Origin: Octopus bimaculoides
Lineage: Eukaryota
Direction of reading: 5' to 3'
Assembly: GCF_001194135.2 (NCBI RefSeq)
Contig: NC_068985.1
Location: 23,217,994-23,281,993 of the forward strand
DNA length: 64,000 nt
Part shown: positions 12,010-23,271 of the stretch, in pieces
Layout: every line of letters starts with the position of its first letter
Position numbering within the stretch: position 1 is the first letter of the stretch
The notes under the pieces: model-generated
Told to the model about the DNA's origin: nothing
Seen by the model: only the letters and a program-made list of their open reading frames with translations
The model's database searches: none
Translations under genes and position numbers: made by a program

Positions 12010-12420
12010 ATGAAATCAATTTAAAGTCTTACCTACAACAGAGTTCAGTTCAGTATTTAAACTTTTGTGTTTAGATGCGTCAGCTGTTTTTAAGGGTTCA
12101 CAAAAGAGTGTAAGTAGGTGGTAAGTTGTAGTTTGTTGGCATGTTGATGTTATTTAGGGGTTTTTTGATAACACCAAATTTAACAATAAAAATTCTCCAT
12201 AGCAACTTGCCATCACAACCTAATTAGCAGTCAACAGAATTCAGCTTACCCTTGAAAATTTTAACTTAGATGAGACTACATAAATTCCAGGTGAACTGAA
12301 ATGTACCACAGCCTGATGATGGCTTAGTGGCTGAAACTTAGAAGTCACTGTCAATACTATTCTTGTTAAAGAATAATAAATTTGTACACTGCCAAATGTG
12401 TTGGGTTATCCATCAGCTTA
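12010..12420 (+). mobile_element. Probable Penelope-like element terminal-repeat remnant
   Basis: Contains the CCTGATGATGG...GAAAC hammerhead signature typical of Penelope-like terminal repeats; boundaries uncertain. Confidence 0.45.
12308..12351 (+). ncRNA. Minimal type I hammerhead ribozyme motif
   Basis: ACAG-C / CTGATGA (12313-19) / T / GGC-TTAGTG-GCT / GAA / ACT-TAGA-AGT / C (GUC site, 12346) / A-CTGT. Confidence 0.65.
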
Positions 12421-12667
12421 ATGTAAAACTGCTTTTATTGTGACTTTAAAACAAACATTAATGTGTGTGTGTATATATATTAAAGTACTTTTAATGATAC
12501 TAATGGTTTCATACAAATTCATTCACAATTATTCAGTCATAGTTCAAATAATACTGACTGCTCAGCAAATTTATTCACATAAAAGCATTAGTATCATATT
12601 AACAGCACCCTACTATTGTAAAAATTATTCATTCACCAATGTGGTTTTGATCACACACTCTTAAATA

Positions 12668-13075
12668 GCCACGAGCATGGCTATGTGGTAAGAAGCTTGC
12701 TTCCCAACCACATGGTTCCAGGGTTCAGTCCTGCTGCATAGGACCTTGGGCAAGTGTCTTCTACTATAGCCAGGGTTGACTATTGCCATCTGAGTGGATT
12801 TGGCAAGCAGAAACTGAAAGAAGCCCATCATATATGCATGTGTGTGTTACTGTCTCCTGTCTTCTTGCCTTAACTTTGCCTGATAGTTGTAAACTAGTGT
12901 CACCATAATGTAAGCAGTGACCTTTTGTTTTCAATCTCCTGTGAAAGCATGTTTGGGCATGAGGAAATGTTATCTTACTTGGAAACAGGTGAGGGTTAGT
13001 GACAGGAAGAGCATCCAGCCATAGAAAAATCTGCCAACCCATGCATGCATGGAAAAGTGAATGCTAAAGTAATGA
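12668..13075 (+). mobile_element. Family B SINE head with an RTE-like 3' tail
   Basis: GGCTATGTGGTAAGAAGCTTGCTTCCC head; ends ...GCATCCAGCC...CCAACCCATGCATGCATGGAAAAGTG... Confidence 0.75.
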
Positions 13076-13120
13076 TAACTCTTTAGTTATGATGCAATAT
13101 GCATGCACGAAATTTAAAAT

Positions 13121-14990
13121 GTAAGGTGAGGGTTGGCAATGAGTATAGTGAAGAATTCCGTGTAAAGGTAGGGGTTCACCAAGGTTCTGTCCTCAGCCCT
13201 CTCCTATTCATCATAGTCCTCCAGGCGATAACAGAGGAATTCAAGACAGGATGCCCCTGGGAGCTCCTCTATGCTGACGACCTTGCACTAATTGCTGAGT
13301 CACTATCAGAACTAGAGAAGTTTCAGGTGTGGAAGCAGGGACTAGAATCGAAGGGCCTTAGAGTCAACCTAGCTAAAACCAAAGTCCTTATAAGTAGAAA
13401 GGTAGAGAAAGCACAAACCACTTCAGGTAGATGGCCCTGCTCGATTTGTAGAAAAGGCGTAGGTAGAAACTCTATAAGATGTACCCAGTGCAAGCTATGG
13501 ACACATAAGAGGTGCAGNNNNNNNNNNNNNNNNNNNNNNNNNNNNNNNNNNNNNNNNNNNNNNNNNNNNNNNNNNNNNNNNNNNNNNNNNNNNNNNNNNN
13601 NNNNNNNNNNNNNNNNNNNNNNNNNNNNNNNNNNNNNNNNNNNNNNNNNNNNNNNNNNNNNNNNNNNNNNNNNNNNNNNNNNNNNNNNNNNNNNNNNNNN
13701 NNNNNNNNNNNNNNNNNNNNNNNNNNNNNNNNNNNNNNNNNNNNNNNNNNNNNNNNNNNNNNNNNNNNNNNNNNNNNNNNNNNNNNNNNNNNNNNNNNNN
13801 NNNNNNNNNNNNNNNNNNNNNNNNNNNNNNNNNNNNNNNNNNNNNNNNNNNNNNNNNNNNNNNNNNNNNNNNNNNNNNNNNNNNNNNNNNNNNNNNNNNN
13901 NNNNNNNNNNNNNNNNNNNNNNNNNNNNNNNNNNNNNNNNNNNNNNNNNNNNNNNNNNNNNNNNNGCTCCGATGGATGAGTAATGTCAGTGTGCATACCT
14001 GACAGAGCGTAAGTATCTTGAGAGAAAAGTTGAACATAAGAAGCATCAGTTGTGGTGTGCAAGAGAGACGATTGCACTGGTATGGACATGTGGTGAGAAT
14101 GGATGAGGATAGCTGCGTGAAAAAGTGCCACACCCTAGCGGTTAAGAGAACCCGTGGAAGAGGCAGGCCTAGGAAGACCTGGGATGAGGTGGTGAAGCAC
14201 GACCTCCGAACATTAGGCCTCACCGAGGCAATGACTTGTGACCGTGACCATTGGAAATATGCTGTGCGTGAGAAGACCCAGCAGGCCAAGGAAGACCAAA
14301 ATCCAAGGCCTCTGCCAGGGATGTTGCCAGCCCACTTACTCGTAACATTTCTTTATTGGACACTAAACATGGTGAGGCAAGTGAAATCGAAATTGAACTA
14401 AATTTGCAGGAACACTAAACTCGGCTTGCGAAGACCTGTTGAGGCAAGCGAAAGCAAAATCATGATGGCACCTGTACCAGTGGAGCACTAAGAGCACCGT
14501 CCGAGCGTGATCGTTGCCAGAGCAGCTGTCTGGCTTCCGTGCCGGTGGCACATAAATAGCACCAGCGTGATCGTTATCAACGTCGCCTTCCTGGCACGTG
14601 AAAAGTCATTCGAGCGAGATCGTTGCCAGTGTCGATGGGCTGGCTCCTGTGCAGGTGACACGTAAAATACACCATTTCAAGCGTAGCTTTTGCCAGTAAG
14701 ACATCCGAGCGAGATCGTTGCCAGTGCTGCTGGACTGGCTCCTGTGCAGGTGGCACGTAAAATACACCATTTCAAGCGTGGCTGTTGCCAGTACCCGCCT
14801 GACTGGCCCTCGTGCCAGTGGCATGTAAAAGCACCCACTACACTCCCGGAGTGGTTGGCGTTAGAAAGGGCATCCAGCTGTAGAAACTTTGCCAAATCAG
14901 GTTGGAGCCTGGTGTCGCCTCCTGGTCCACCAGTCCTCAGTCAAATTGTCCAACCCATGCTAGCATGGAAAGTGGACATTAAACGACAAT
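13121..14990 (+). mobile_element. RTE-clade LINE, 3' half (RT C-terminal part plus 3' UTR), with an internal N gap
   Basis: GVHQGSVLSPLLF and ELLYADDL RT motifs; RRLHWYGHVVRM and RGRGRPRKTW RTE C-terminus; family tail at 14860-14990. Confidence 0.92.
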
Positions 14991-15423
14991 ATAATAGGGA
15001 TGACTACTAAGTGGACATCTATTATGCTAGAAGTAGATCACCTATGATCTGACTACTAAGAAAAGATTGCTCTCAAGAAAATTCAGCAAACACCAGAACA
15101 TAAGCAAGCAAGACAATTGAAAATATACATAATATAAAGAATTAATCATAGACCGGTTTTGCTATTAATGAAAATTACTTACGTAATAGTCCGTAGCTCA
15201 TCAGTACAATCGTTCTTTTCAATATAATTTGCAGAACTATACACAAGACGTCCGCATAAAATTAGACATGTATATAGTTCTACCAATTACATTGGGGTTA
15301 TATTTCAAATGTCTTCGTTTTGGCGGAGATAATTCACTGCAGTGAATTTTGCCGGTTAGGGAACAAATTTATTTAAAATTTAATATTCAATTTGTCACCC
15401 TTATTATTTAAATTTTATATATA

Positions 15424-16711
15424 CGAGGGGGTGTCTGAAAAGTCTTGAGCCTCCAAAAAATAAAACATGGTACAAGACTTCTGATGATTTATTTTTCAAC
15501 ATAGTCCCCCTTGATGGCTGAACACTTTCTCCAGCGGTGCTGAAGCGCCATTATCCTGGCGTAGAAGAACTCTTTTGTTTGGGACTCCAAGAAACTTCCT
15601 ACAGCATTTATGACGTCATTTTCACTGGCAAAATGGCGACCAGCCAGGGCTTTTTTCATTTTTGGTAATAGATGAAAGTCAGAGGGGGCGAATAAGGTGG
15701 ATGGGGAACAAGTTTGTATCCACAATCACGAATTGTTGCCATGGCAACCACTGAGGTGTGGGCGGGAGCATTGTCGTGATGGAAAAGGACTCCTCTGGTG
15801 AGCATTCCTGGCCTTTTTTCTTTGATTGCTTCTCGGAGGCATTTCAGTAGTTGGGAATAATACATCCCTGTCGCGGTGTGACCCTTTTCAAGGTAATCGA
15901 TCAGCAAGACACCTTGAGAATCCCAAAAAAAATGGACGCCATGACCTTGCCAGCTGAAGGAATGACCCTGGCCTTCTTTGGGGTAAGGGATGATGTGTGC
16001 TTCCACTGCTTTGATTGTTCTTTGGTTTCAGGCTGGTAGTGATGGACCCAACTTTTGTCCATAGTAATGAAACGAACAAGAAAATTTTCTTCATCAGCTT
16101 CAAACAGTTCCAGATTACTCATGGACAAAGTGCACCTGGTGCATTTCTGTTCAGGAGTCAAAATTCAAGGGACCCGCCTTGCAAAAACCTTTGAGAACCC
16201 AAGTTCTTTTGTCACAATTTTGTCTGCTCATTCAGTTGAGATGCTCAGTCTCTCGGCTATCTGACGTCATGATATTCGTCGATCTCGCAATATCATACCA
16301 AGAGGAAGGTCAAGATGGTCCTTGGTGGTTGCAGTTGGAGGTCTCCCTGGTTTGAGATCATCTTCCACACTCTCCCTGCCACGCTTGAATTCATTTACCC
16401 AGCGTTTTGACTGTTGCATATGAAGGAGCATTGTCTGTTAAGGTACTCACCATATCTTCATGGATTTCTGATGGAGTCATGCCTTTCAAATGAAGGTAAT
16501 TTATGACAACGCGATACTCAGTTTCTCTAGTTTCCTTGTAAACTCGAAGCTTGTTTATTCAAAAATCTGCAACAACAAAAGAATTAAAATATCAGAATCA
16601 TGAAAATGAGCAAGAATACTCTGAAAAGACTGCACTTACCAGAAAAAATTGTTTCAGCTATATAGCAGCCCCGTTTCTAGGTTAGGCTCAAAACTTTTCA
16701 TACACCCCTTG
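15424..16711 (-). mobile_element. Full-length decayed mariner (Himar1/irritans-like), 1288 bp
   Basis: TA-flanked TIRs CGAGGGGGTGTCTGAAAAGTCTTGAGCCT / AGGCTCAAAACTTTTCATACACCCCTTG; frameshifted transposase with ITMDKSW, HDNAPAH and HPPYSP..APSDFHL. Confidence 0.95.
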
Positions 16712-17102
16712 TAGGTTTGCACCTCAAGAGCCAATGTTATCTTCAGATCAAATGCTTGCAACAGAAAATTACACTCAAATGCCATGTAATGATATTGTAT
16801 ATCACCGATAGCGGTTATGTTTCTTCACTTTAAGCACATTTGTCATATTATTTCACTAGAATAGTTGTATCTGTAGACTAAAGAATGTAGCTTGCAGAGG
16901 TCACTTGCCTTTGATAGTCCGAGTACTTCTGAATCCAAGAAGTTCCTTGATTGGCTCCTGGGTAGGCCCCTACCCCCACTGCTGTATGTCTCATCTCAGT
17001 CGATTTGTATACTGTTGTTTTTCATGACTGATTTTTTATAATTGTGTTAAAAATATACATTTTATCAGTTGCTTTATCTATTTATTTGTTTACTTTCTTT
17101 AG

Positions 17103-17232
17103 TGTTACAAAGTGGCATATGTTGTCTTCCAAAATGAAAACTGTGTGACAAAAGCTATGAAGATATTTAAAGATAATGTGGGAATCTTAATAAAAGAAAA
17201 GGAATACCTTACACAGAACACTGGAGTTAAAA
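17103..17232 (+). CDS. RRP7A: RRP7A exon 4
   Basis: TTTACTTTCTTTAG acceptor and A|GTATGC donor; CYKVAYVVFQ matches GFQVAYVVFQ. Confidence 0.95.
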
Positions 17233-17492
17233 GTATGCTTTGCTTTTCTTTATTGATTTACTTTCTCCTGAATTTTTTGTGAAATATTTATTCATCATAA
17301 CCAAATTAATTGGAAATTTTTTAAATTGTTTAATTTGTTATAGTGACTTTGTGGGTGTGTCGTTAAGAAGTTTGCTTGTAACTGCTGCAACCACCATCTG
17401 AATCTTCAATCATCTTATAGTAGACTGAATTGCAAAATAGATGAAATTTGCATTGTTTGTCTCGTTTAACCCCACAGAGTAAGCCACTACTG

Positions 17493-17791
17493 CAGGGGTC
17501 GGTGAACCAGAGTAAATTACCCCAAGTGGGGTAAAAATGAAATTTTGGCGGGTAATGAGGACTCATTAGACATAAGTAAAATTATATTTTACAAAACAAA
17601 TGTGTTCCTTCTTACGTCAGAAATTTTTCTTCTGGCAATACTGCCTTTATCCAGTGTAATGGACATGTAAACAGATTCAATAAACCTTCTGAATTCAAAG
17701 AATCTATGATCTCCTTCCTTTCAAATCAAGGGAGTAACATCAGCATAAATATATTTGGGGTAATTGGTTAAAAAAAGTTCCCTGACCCATG
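17493..17791. mobile_element. hAT-type MITE, 299 bp
   Basis: Termini CAGGGGTCGGTGAAC / GTTCCCTGACCCATG; 8-bp flanks CACTACTG vs CACTATAG (6/8 match). Confidence 0.6.
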
Positions 17792-17907
17792 CACTATAGC
17801 AAAATGTATGTCACAGTCCTAGAACAGCATGAAATAACAACAAGCTATGGTGCATGATCTTCTTTTTAAACATGTAATTGCTTTCATCTGTGTTATGGAT
17901 CAGTGGG

Positions 17908-19790
17908 TTGTACAGTTCTCACTAACCACTCATCTATCCCTAGTTTCCTCATTGACCACCAGATAAAGGATTGGGGGACCCTGTCAAAGGCTTTCTCCTG
18001 CAGCTATCTTACCAGAAATATAGCATCAATAGTGCTTTTTCCTGGCACAAACCCAAACTGCATCTCATCTAGACTGACTCTCTCCCTAATTAGTTGAGCT
18101 ATGACCCTCTCCATGACTTTCATCTCCTGATCCAACAACTTGATACCTCTGTAATTATTCGTATCTAATGCATCACCTTTACCTTTGTAGCAGTTGACTA
18201 TGGTGCTGCTACACCAGTCATTGGGTATGACTCCTTCATGTATCACCTGGTTAACAATACGGGTGACTAGGCTATAGCCGACATCGCCAGAAATTTTAAG
18301 CATCTCTGCGGGGATTCCTGATGGGCTGAGGAGCTTTTCCTGTCTTCATACTCTTAATTACTTTATCTACCAAAGTATTGTCAATTCGGATAGCTTGTCC
18401 TTCTGTTGGGTCAACATCTGGCAGACTCTTACTCCCATTCATTCTCTTCATTTAGCAACCTTTCATAGTGGCATCTCCAAGTCTCTCTCTCCTTGCAACC
18501 TCATTAAATGCAAGTGAGCCATCATCCATGCAGACACATTTCTCTCCTATGACATCACAATTCTCTCTCAGTCACTGTCTTGCAACACAAAACACTTCAA
18601 GCCTTTGGTCCTCATGATGTAGAACATTGTCAAATTTTTTCTTATCTGCTTCCCCTCTGGCTAAGTAAATCTGTCTCCTAGCATCCCTTCTGACAATCTG
18701 ATATAATTCCCTGCTACCACCATTCTTCCAGTCGTTCCATGCCTGTTTCTTGTCCCTAATGGCCCCTATCAACTACATTATTCCACCACCACGTTATCTT
18801 GGTTCGAGAGGGGACTTTGCACCATCCACAGTTCTGGTCAGTAGCCCTCAACAGGTTGTCTTGTAGAAACCTCCAGTTGTCTTCCACATCATATGATGCT
18901 ATATCCTCCTCTCTTTTGTCAAAAGCTTTGAGTAATGCGCCTCTAAATCTCTGTCCATTTGCAAGATCATTAAGCTTCCAGACCCTTCTTCTCCATGCTG
19001 ATCATCTTCTGGGCACCCTTTTAGTTCTGATCCTGAAGTCGCTAACTACTAATCTATGTTGTGGAGTGCATTCTTCACCTGGGAAGGTTTTGGCATTTAT
19101 AAGTAGCCATCTTTCCCATTTCCTGGTGAGGATGTAATCAATTTGACTAGTGTGTCCACCAGATTGGTAGGTGAATAAATAGATAACTGGCAGGTTTCCT
19201 GAAGTTAGTATTACAAACCATAAGATCATTTGCATCGCAGAACTTTAGCAGCATGGTTCCCTCCTCTTTGCTGGAACTAAAACCATAACCTACATGTACG
19301 CCATGGAAGCCCACTGCATGTTTGTCACCAGCAACAAAGAGAAGATCCCTGTCATTTATCAATGAGGTAGTCTGCAAGGTGTCATAAAATTGGTCTTTCT
19401 GTCCATCAGGTAGCTCCAGCTGAGGGATATATGCCAAGATAATGGTTGCTAACCCATGTTGCAGCACTAATCTAATCATAAGTATTCTATCACAGACTCT
19501 GACTACCTTGATTACCTTATCAACCCATTTCTCTGCAAGAAGTATACTCACGCTCCCGACCCCGTCAGTGTTCCCTGCCCAGAAAATTTTGTACCTATGT
19601 TCTTTGCCTGTGAGGAACTTAGCAGAACTTCCACTCCATCTTACTTCTTGGATGCTGCACAAATCTACATGTCTCTGTTCAAACATCTCAACAATCTCAC
19701 CAGACCTACCTTTCAGTGTGCCAACCCTGAGGGTGTGGGAAGTGTGGGCTCATGAGACCCTGGGATGGGGGACAGCAGTGTCATGTACCT
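17908..19790 (-). mobile_element. RTE-clade LINE, 5' half (AP endonuclease to early RT), 3'-truncated and decayed
   Basis: VDLCSIQEVRW...CDRILMIRL...AYIPQ (APE domain), SQIDYIL, HRLVVSD, NYRGIKLL, QFGFVPGKSTIDAIF and KAFDRVP. Confidence 0.92.
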
Positions 19791-20072
19791 AAAAAGAAAG
19801 CTTGCATTTGACAGAACTCATAAACATACAATAGCCTTCAACCTGCATACACTACACTATCATTTTTATGCACTACATGATCACTACTTTACATAGGAGA
19901 TAAAGCCTAAGTAGGGATGGGGGTACATTAAGCCTTTGGAGGTGTTCATGGGAGAGATATCTGATAGACGTCAGAGGATAGAGACTTCCAGTACACGTAG
20001 TGGAGGTGAGAAGGACGGGCACACCGCAAAACAGCAAAACATTACTGCTTTTGGTATGTATATATGTGCATG

Positions 20073-20404
20073 TGTTGGTAACTGGCACTCTGTCAGTCAC
20101 GATGGTGAGAGTGCCAGTTGATCCAATCAATGGAGCAGCATGCTCGTGAAATTTAAATACAAGTGGCTGAGCATGCCACAAATACGCATACCCTCAACAT
20201 AGTTCTCAGGGCGATTCAGTGTGACACAAAACTTGACAAGGCCGATCCTTTGAAATACTGGTACAGCACATTTTTGCCAGCAGAGTGGACTGGAGCAACT
20301 TGAAATAAAATGTCTTCCTCAAGGACACCACACACTACCAGGTATTGAACTCACAGGCTTACAATCATGAGCCAAATAGCCTAACCACTGAGCCATGCAC
20401 CTTC
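20073..20404 (-). mobile_element. Degenerate family C SINE
   Basis: Reverse-strand match to the 9095 copy (GGCTCAGTGGTTAGG head, GTGTCACACTGAATC core). Confidence 0.7.
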
Positions 20405-20591
20405 AAATGTGTGTTGATATAATAAAGATGAATATGTAAATATTTATGCAGTTTTGTGAATGTATGTCTGATTAATAGTTTCTTGTGAATGTTTCTTCAG
20501 GTCAACCTGATTTTATAAAATCATCTATTTTGCTGAATATGCATATATTACTCATAAGTATATTTATAATTGAATCTTTGTTTACATTCAG

Positions 20592-20689
20592 AGTGGTGCA
20601 AAGATTATGCTGGCAATAGTGAAAACACTGATGTGGTGAAGAAAGAATTGAATGATTATTTTAAAGAGTATGATGAAAAACAGGAATTG
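20592..20689 (+). CDS. RRP7A: RRP7A exon 5
   Basis: TTTACATTCAG acceptor and GTAATT donor; (K)WCKDY...ELNDYFKEYDEK matches KWISDY...EVDTFMEAYDQK. Confidence 0.93.
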
Positions 20690-20899
20690 GTAATTTTTTG
20701 GATCTTTTTTCCATCAAAAACATGAAATGTTACTTCTAATTTGGGAAGGGATCATTTCACAATTTAATGCTTCTCAGAAGGGAAAGTTTCATGTAGCATT
20801 TGGCTCTGAATGTGACAGAGAGAGACTTGTTATGGGTGATATGGATGTGTGATAAAATGGCGACTGAATCAGATGTCTTGAAGTGAGGTTAAGACACTA

Positions 20900-21082
20900 T
20901 CAACATCATCGTTTAACGTCCGCTTTCCATGCTAGCATGGGTTGGACGATTTGACTGAGGACTGGTGAAACTCGATGGCTACACCAGGCTCCAATCTGAT
21001 TTGGCAGAGTTTCTACAGCTGGATGCCCTTCCTAACACCAACCACTCCGAGAGTGTAGTGGGTGCTTTTATGTGTCACCGCC
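20900..21082 (-). mobile_element. RTE LINE 3' tail
   Basis: CATCATCGTTTAACGTCCGCTTTCCATGCTAGCATGGG...GTGGGTGCTTTTA. Confidence 0.85.
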
Positions 21083-21090
21083 AACAGTTT

Positions 21091-21318
21091 AAAACCTTTT
21101 TGTTACCATATTTCTGTCGAAATACACTAGCTTTGTTTTAATTCATTTTGAAAATATTAAAGAAATCAATAAAATAACTATCACATTAGCTGGTGTTTGA
21201 TACATAAATTAACAAGAAATTTTGATATAAGCTTTTAAATCTAGATCACTTTAAAAAATGGAGATTTGTATCACAGAACCAGGGGCAGTCTCAGACATGT
21301 TGGCATCAGAAGGGTTAA
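21091..21318. mobile_element. piggyBac-like MITE
   Basis: Right end AGAAGGG|TTAA; left end degenerate AAAACCTTTTTGTTACCA. Confidence 0.5.
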
Positions 21319-21471
21319 AGATGTGAAGAATAAAAAAAAAAGATTACAATGAGATGTGAAAGTGAATATGCTGCCTCTAAGCTATTGGATTCAATAAATC
21401 TTTCAATCACTAGACTACATTATGACAACTAGGACTGAGCATATTCTTTCCTTGCATCAAAAACAATATCA

Positions 21472-21670
21472 TCATCATCATCATCGTTTAACGTCCGCTT
21501 TCCATGCTAGCATGGGTTGGACGATTTGACTGAGGACTGGTGAACCAGATGGTTACACCAGGCTCCAATCTGATTTGGCAAAGTTTCTACAGCTAGATGC
21601 CCTTCCTAATGCCAACCACTCCAAGAGTGTAGTGGGTGCTTTTACGTGCCACTGGCACGAAGGCCAGTCA
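21472..21670 (-). mobile_element. RTE LINE 3' tail
   Basis: Same family tail with a (CAT)n end. Confidence 0.85.
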
Positions 21671-22561
21671 TCTCTATGAATATTTACTCTTGAGTTATGG
21701 AAATATATCCCAGGTTCAAGAAGTACAGTTTTCTCTTATTTTCTCAACTACTGATGATAACCTACTATTTCACATCATCCCTCTGTAACATGATGGGATG
21801 GCCATAAACAGTTACATCCTACACCAACATGAATCTCTTTTTCTCTTTGAAAACTACCAGTGCAGACTCCATAGAGTCTAAATCCATTGAAGACATCTTT
21901 ATTGATATAACACATCTGTAGTCTCTCTTTTCTAAATGTTGTCAAACATGAGAATCTTCTTATGAACTAACTTGGATGTTGCTTTTACAAGAAGCCAGGT
22001 CACACTGTGACACTCAGTATTAGTGAAAAAAAACACTCTGGTGTACAGCACAACTCACTCTTCCCTAAGTTGAACATAATTACTCGTATTATTTGACTGA
22101 AATATTTGTTGAGTTCTACCCCAAGAAAATTGTTGAGAGTGTCTCCACATGATTGCTCAATCTGTTACAAATGAAAGCCTAAATCTCTCTCTCTAGTCAC
22201 ACCCTACCATCTTTAAAAAGAGGACACTGCTGAATAAGTATTCTGCTAGAAACATTGTGTTTAAAACAAATGAAGATATGATAGTCACAGATCTGCTTGA
22301 GCAGAGATTTTCAAAAGCCAAACAACAACAATAGAGGATCTTAACCTCTATTCTCTCTCTCTCTCTCTCAAAATGCACTTTTATATGGCTGTTCTTGCAC
22401 TTTAGCCCAGACAATCTTTCTTCAGTTTATAAACTTAAAATACTCTTTTTTGTCTTGTTTGTGTACTAAAACCTATTACGGCTGAAACATGTAGGCTACA
22501 GACTGACTGATTGCTTGTTGTAATGGCAAATTTAACAAATACCTTTTTTTTTTTTTGTCAG

Positions 22562-22705
22562 GAAAAGCAGAAATTAAAACGGAAAACAGAAGACACTGAT
22601 GCAGAAGGCTGGATGAAGGTCACAAAGCTGTCTAAAGTAAAAGCTAATCAACCGAAGGTTTCAAGATACATCAAAAGAAAACAAAAGAAGAAAAGAACTG
22701 AAGCG
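22562..22705 (+). CDS. RRP7A: RRP7A exon 6
   Basis: Poly-T TGTCAG acceptor and GTAAAT donor; DAEGWMKVTK matches the conserved DEEGWVKVTR of the RRP7 C-terminal domain. Confidence 0.95.
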
Positions 22706-23271
22706 GTAAATATATATTCATTTAATGTAAAAATTCATTGTCATTTCTATCTATAATCATTTAATATCTGTTTTGTAAGGTTGGCTTTACTTGGATGAAT
22801 TTGTAGAAGGGCTTCTCTCCCTCTTCATTTTTGTCGTTTTGTGTCTTTTGGCAACCTAATATCATTTTGGGAATAGACATGCTCAGGAAATAGGTTTAAC
22901 AGAATTTAGGTGTAGTGACTGGAAATTGATTGTTTAAGCAATCCAAGTGTATTGGTATAAACAATTATGTTGTGAACCATTGAAAATCATGGACTGTTTG
23001 AATCATACATTGAGGCAGGAAATAAATTCTTTTACTATCTAATAAGTGTTGAATGCACAGCTAATATGGATAGTGTTTAAGGTGTAGAGTGAATTGAAAA
23101 CGAGAACTTAGTGAATGTAATGGACTCGTAGCAGTTAGACGGGTATTGAGAATAACTGCATAAATATCGAATAACTGACAAATACAATATTTTTCTCTCA
23201 TATCTAAAATATAACCTGGCAAAATAAAACATGAACTGATTACTATGTAGTTAGTGCTTAGCACAAAAATA

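Noticed and set aside
13099-14289. Long ORFs of 155-294 aa (also 36813-37532, 43838-44230, 47565-48083)
   Set aside because: Their length comes from reading through N gaps or simple repeats
19780-19800. Splice-acceptor-like CTTTCTTTTTAG at the 5' edge of the minus-strand RTE
   Set aside because: The true 5' end of the element cannot be defined here, and such motifs are common in AT-rich DNA
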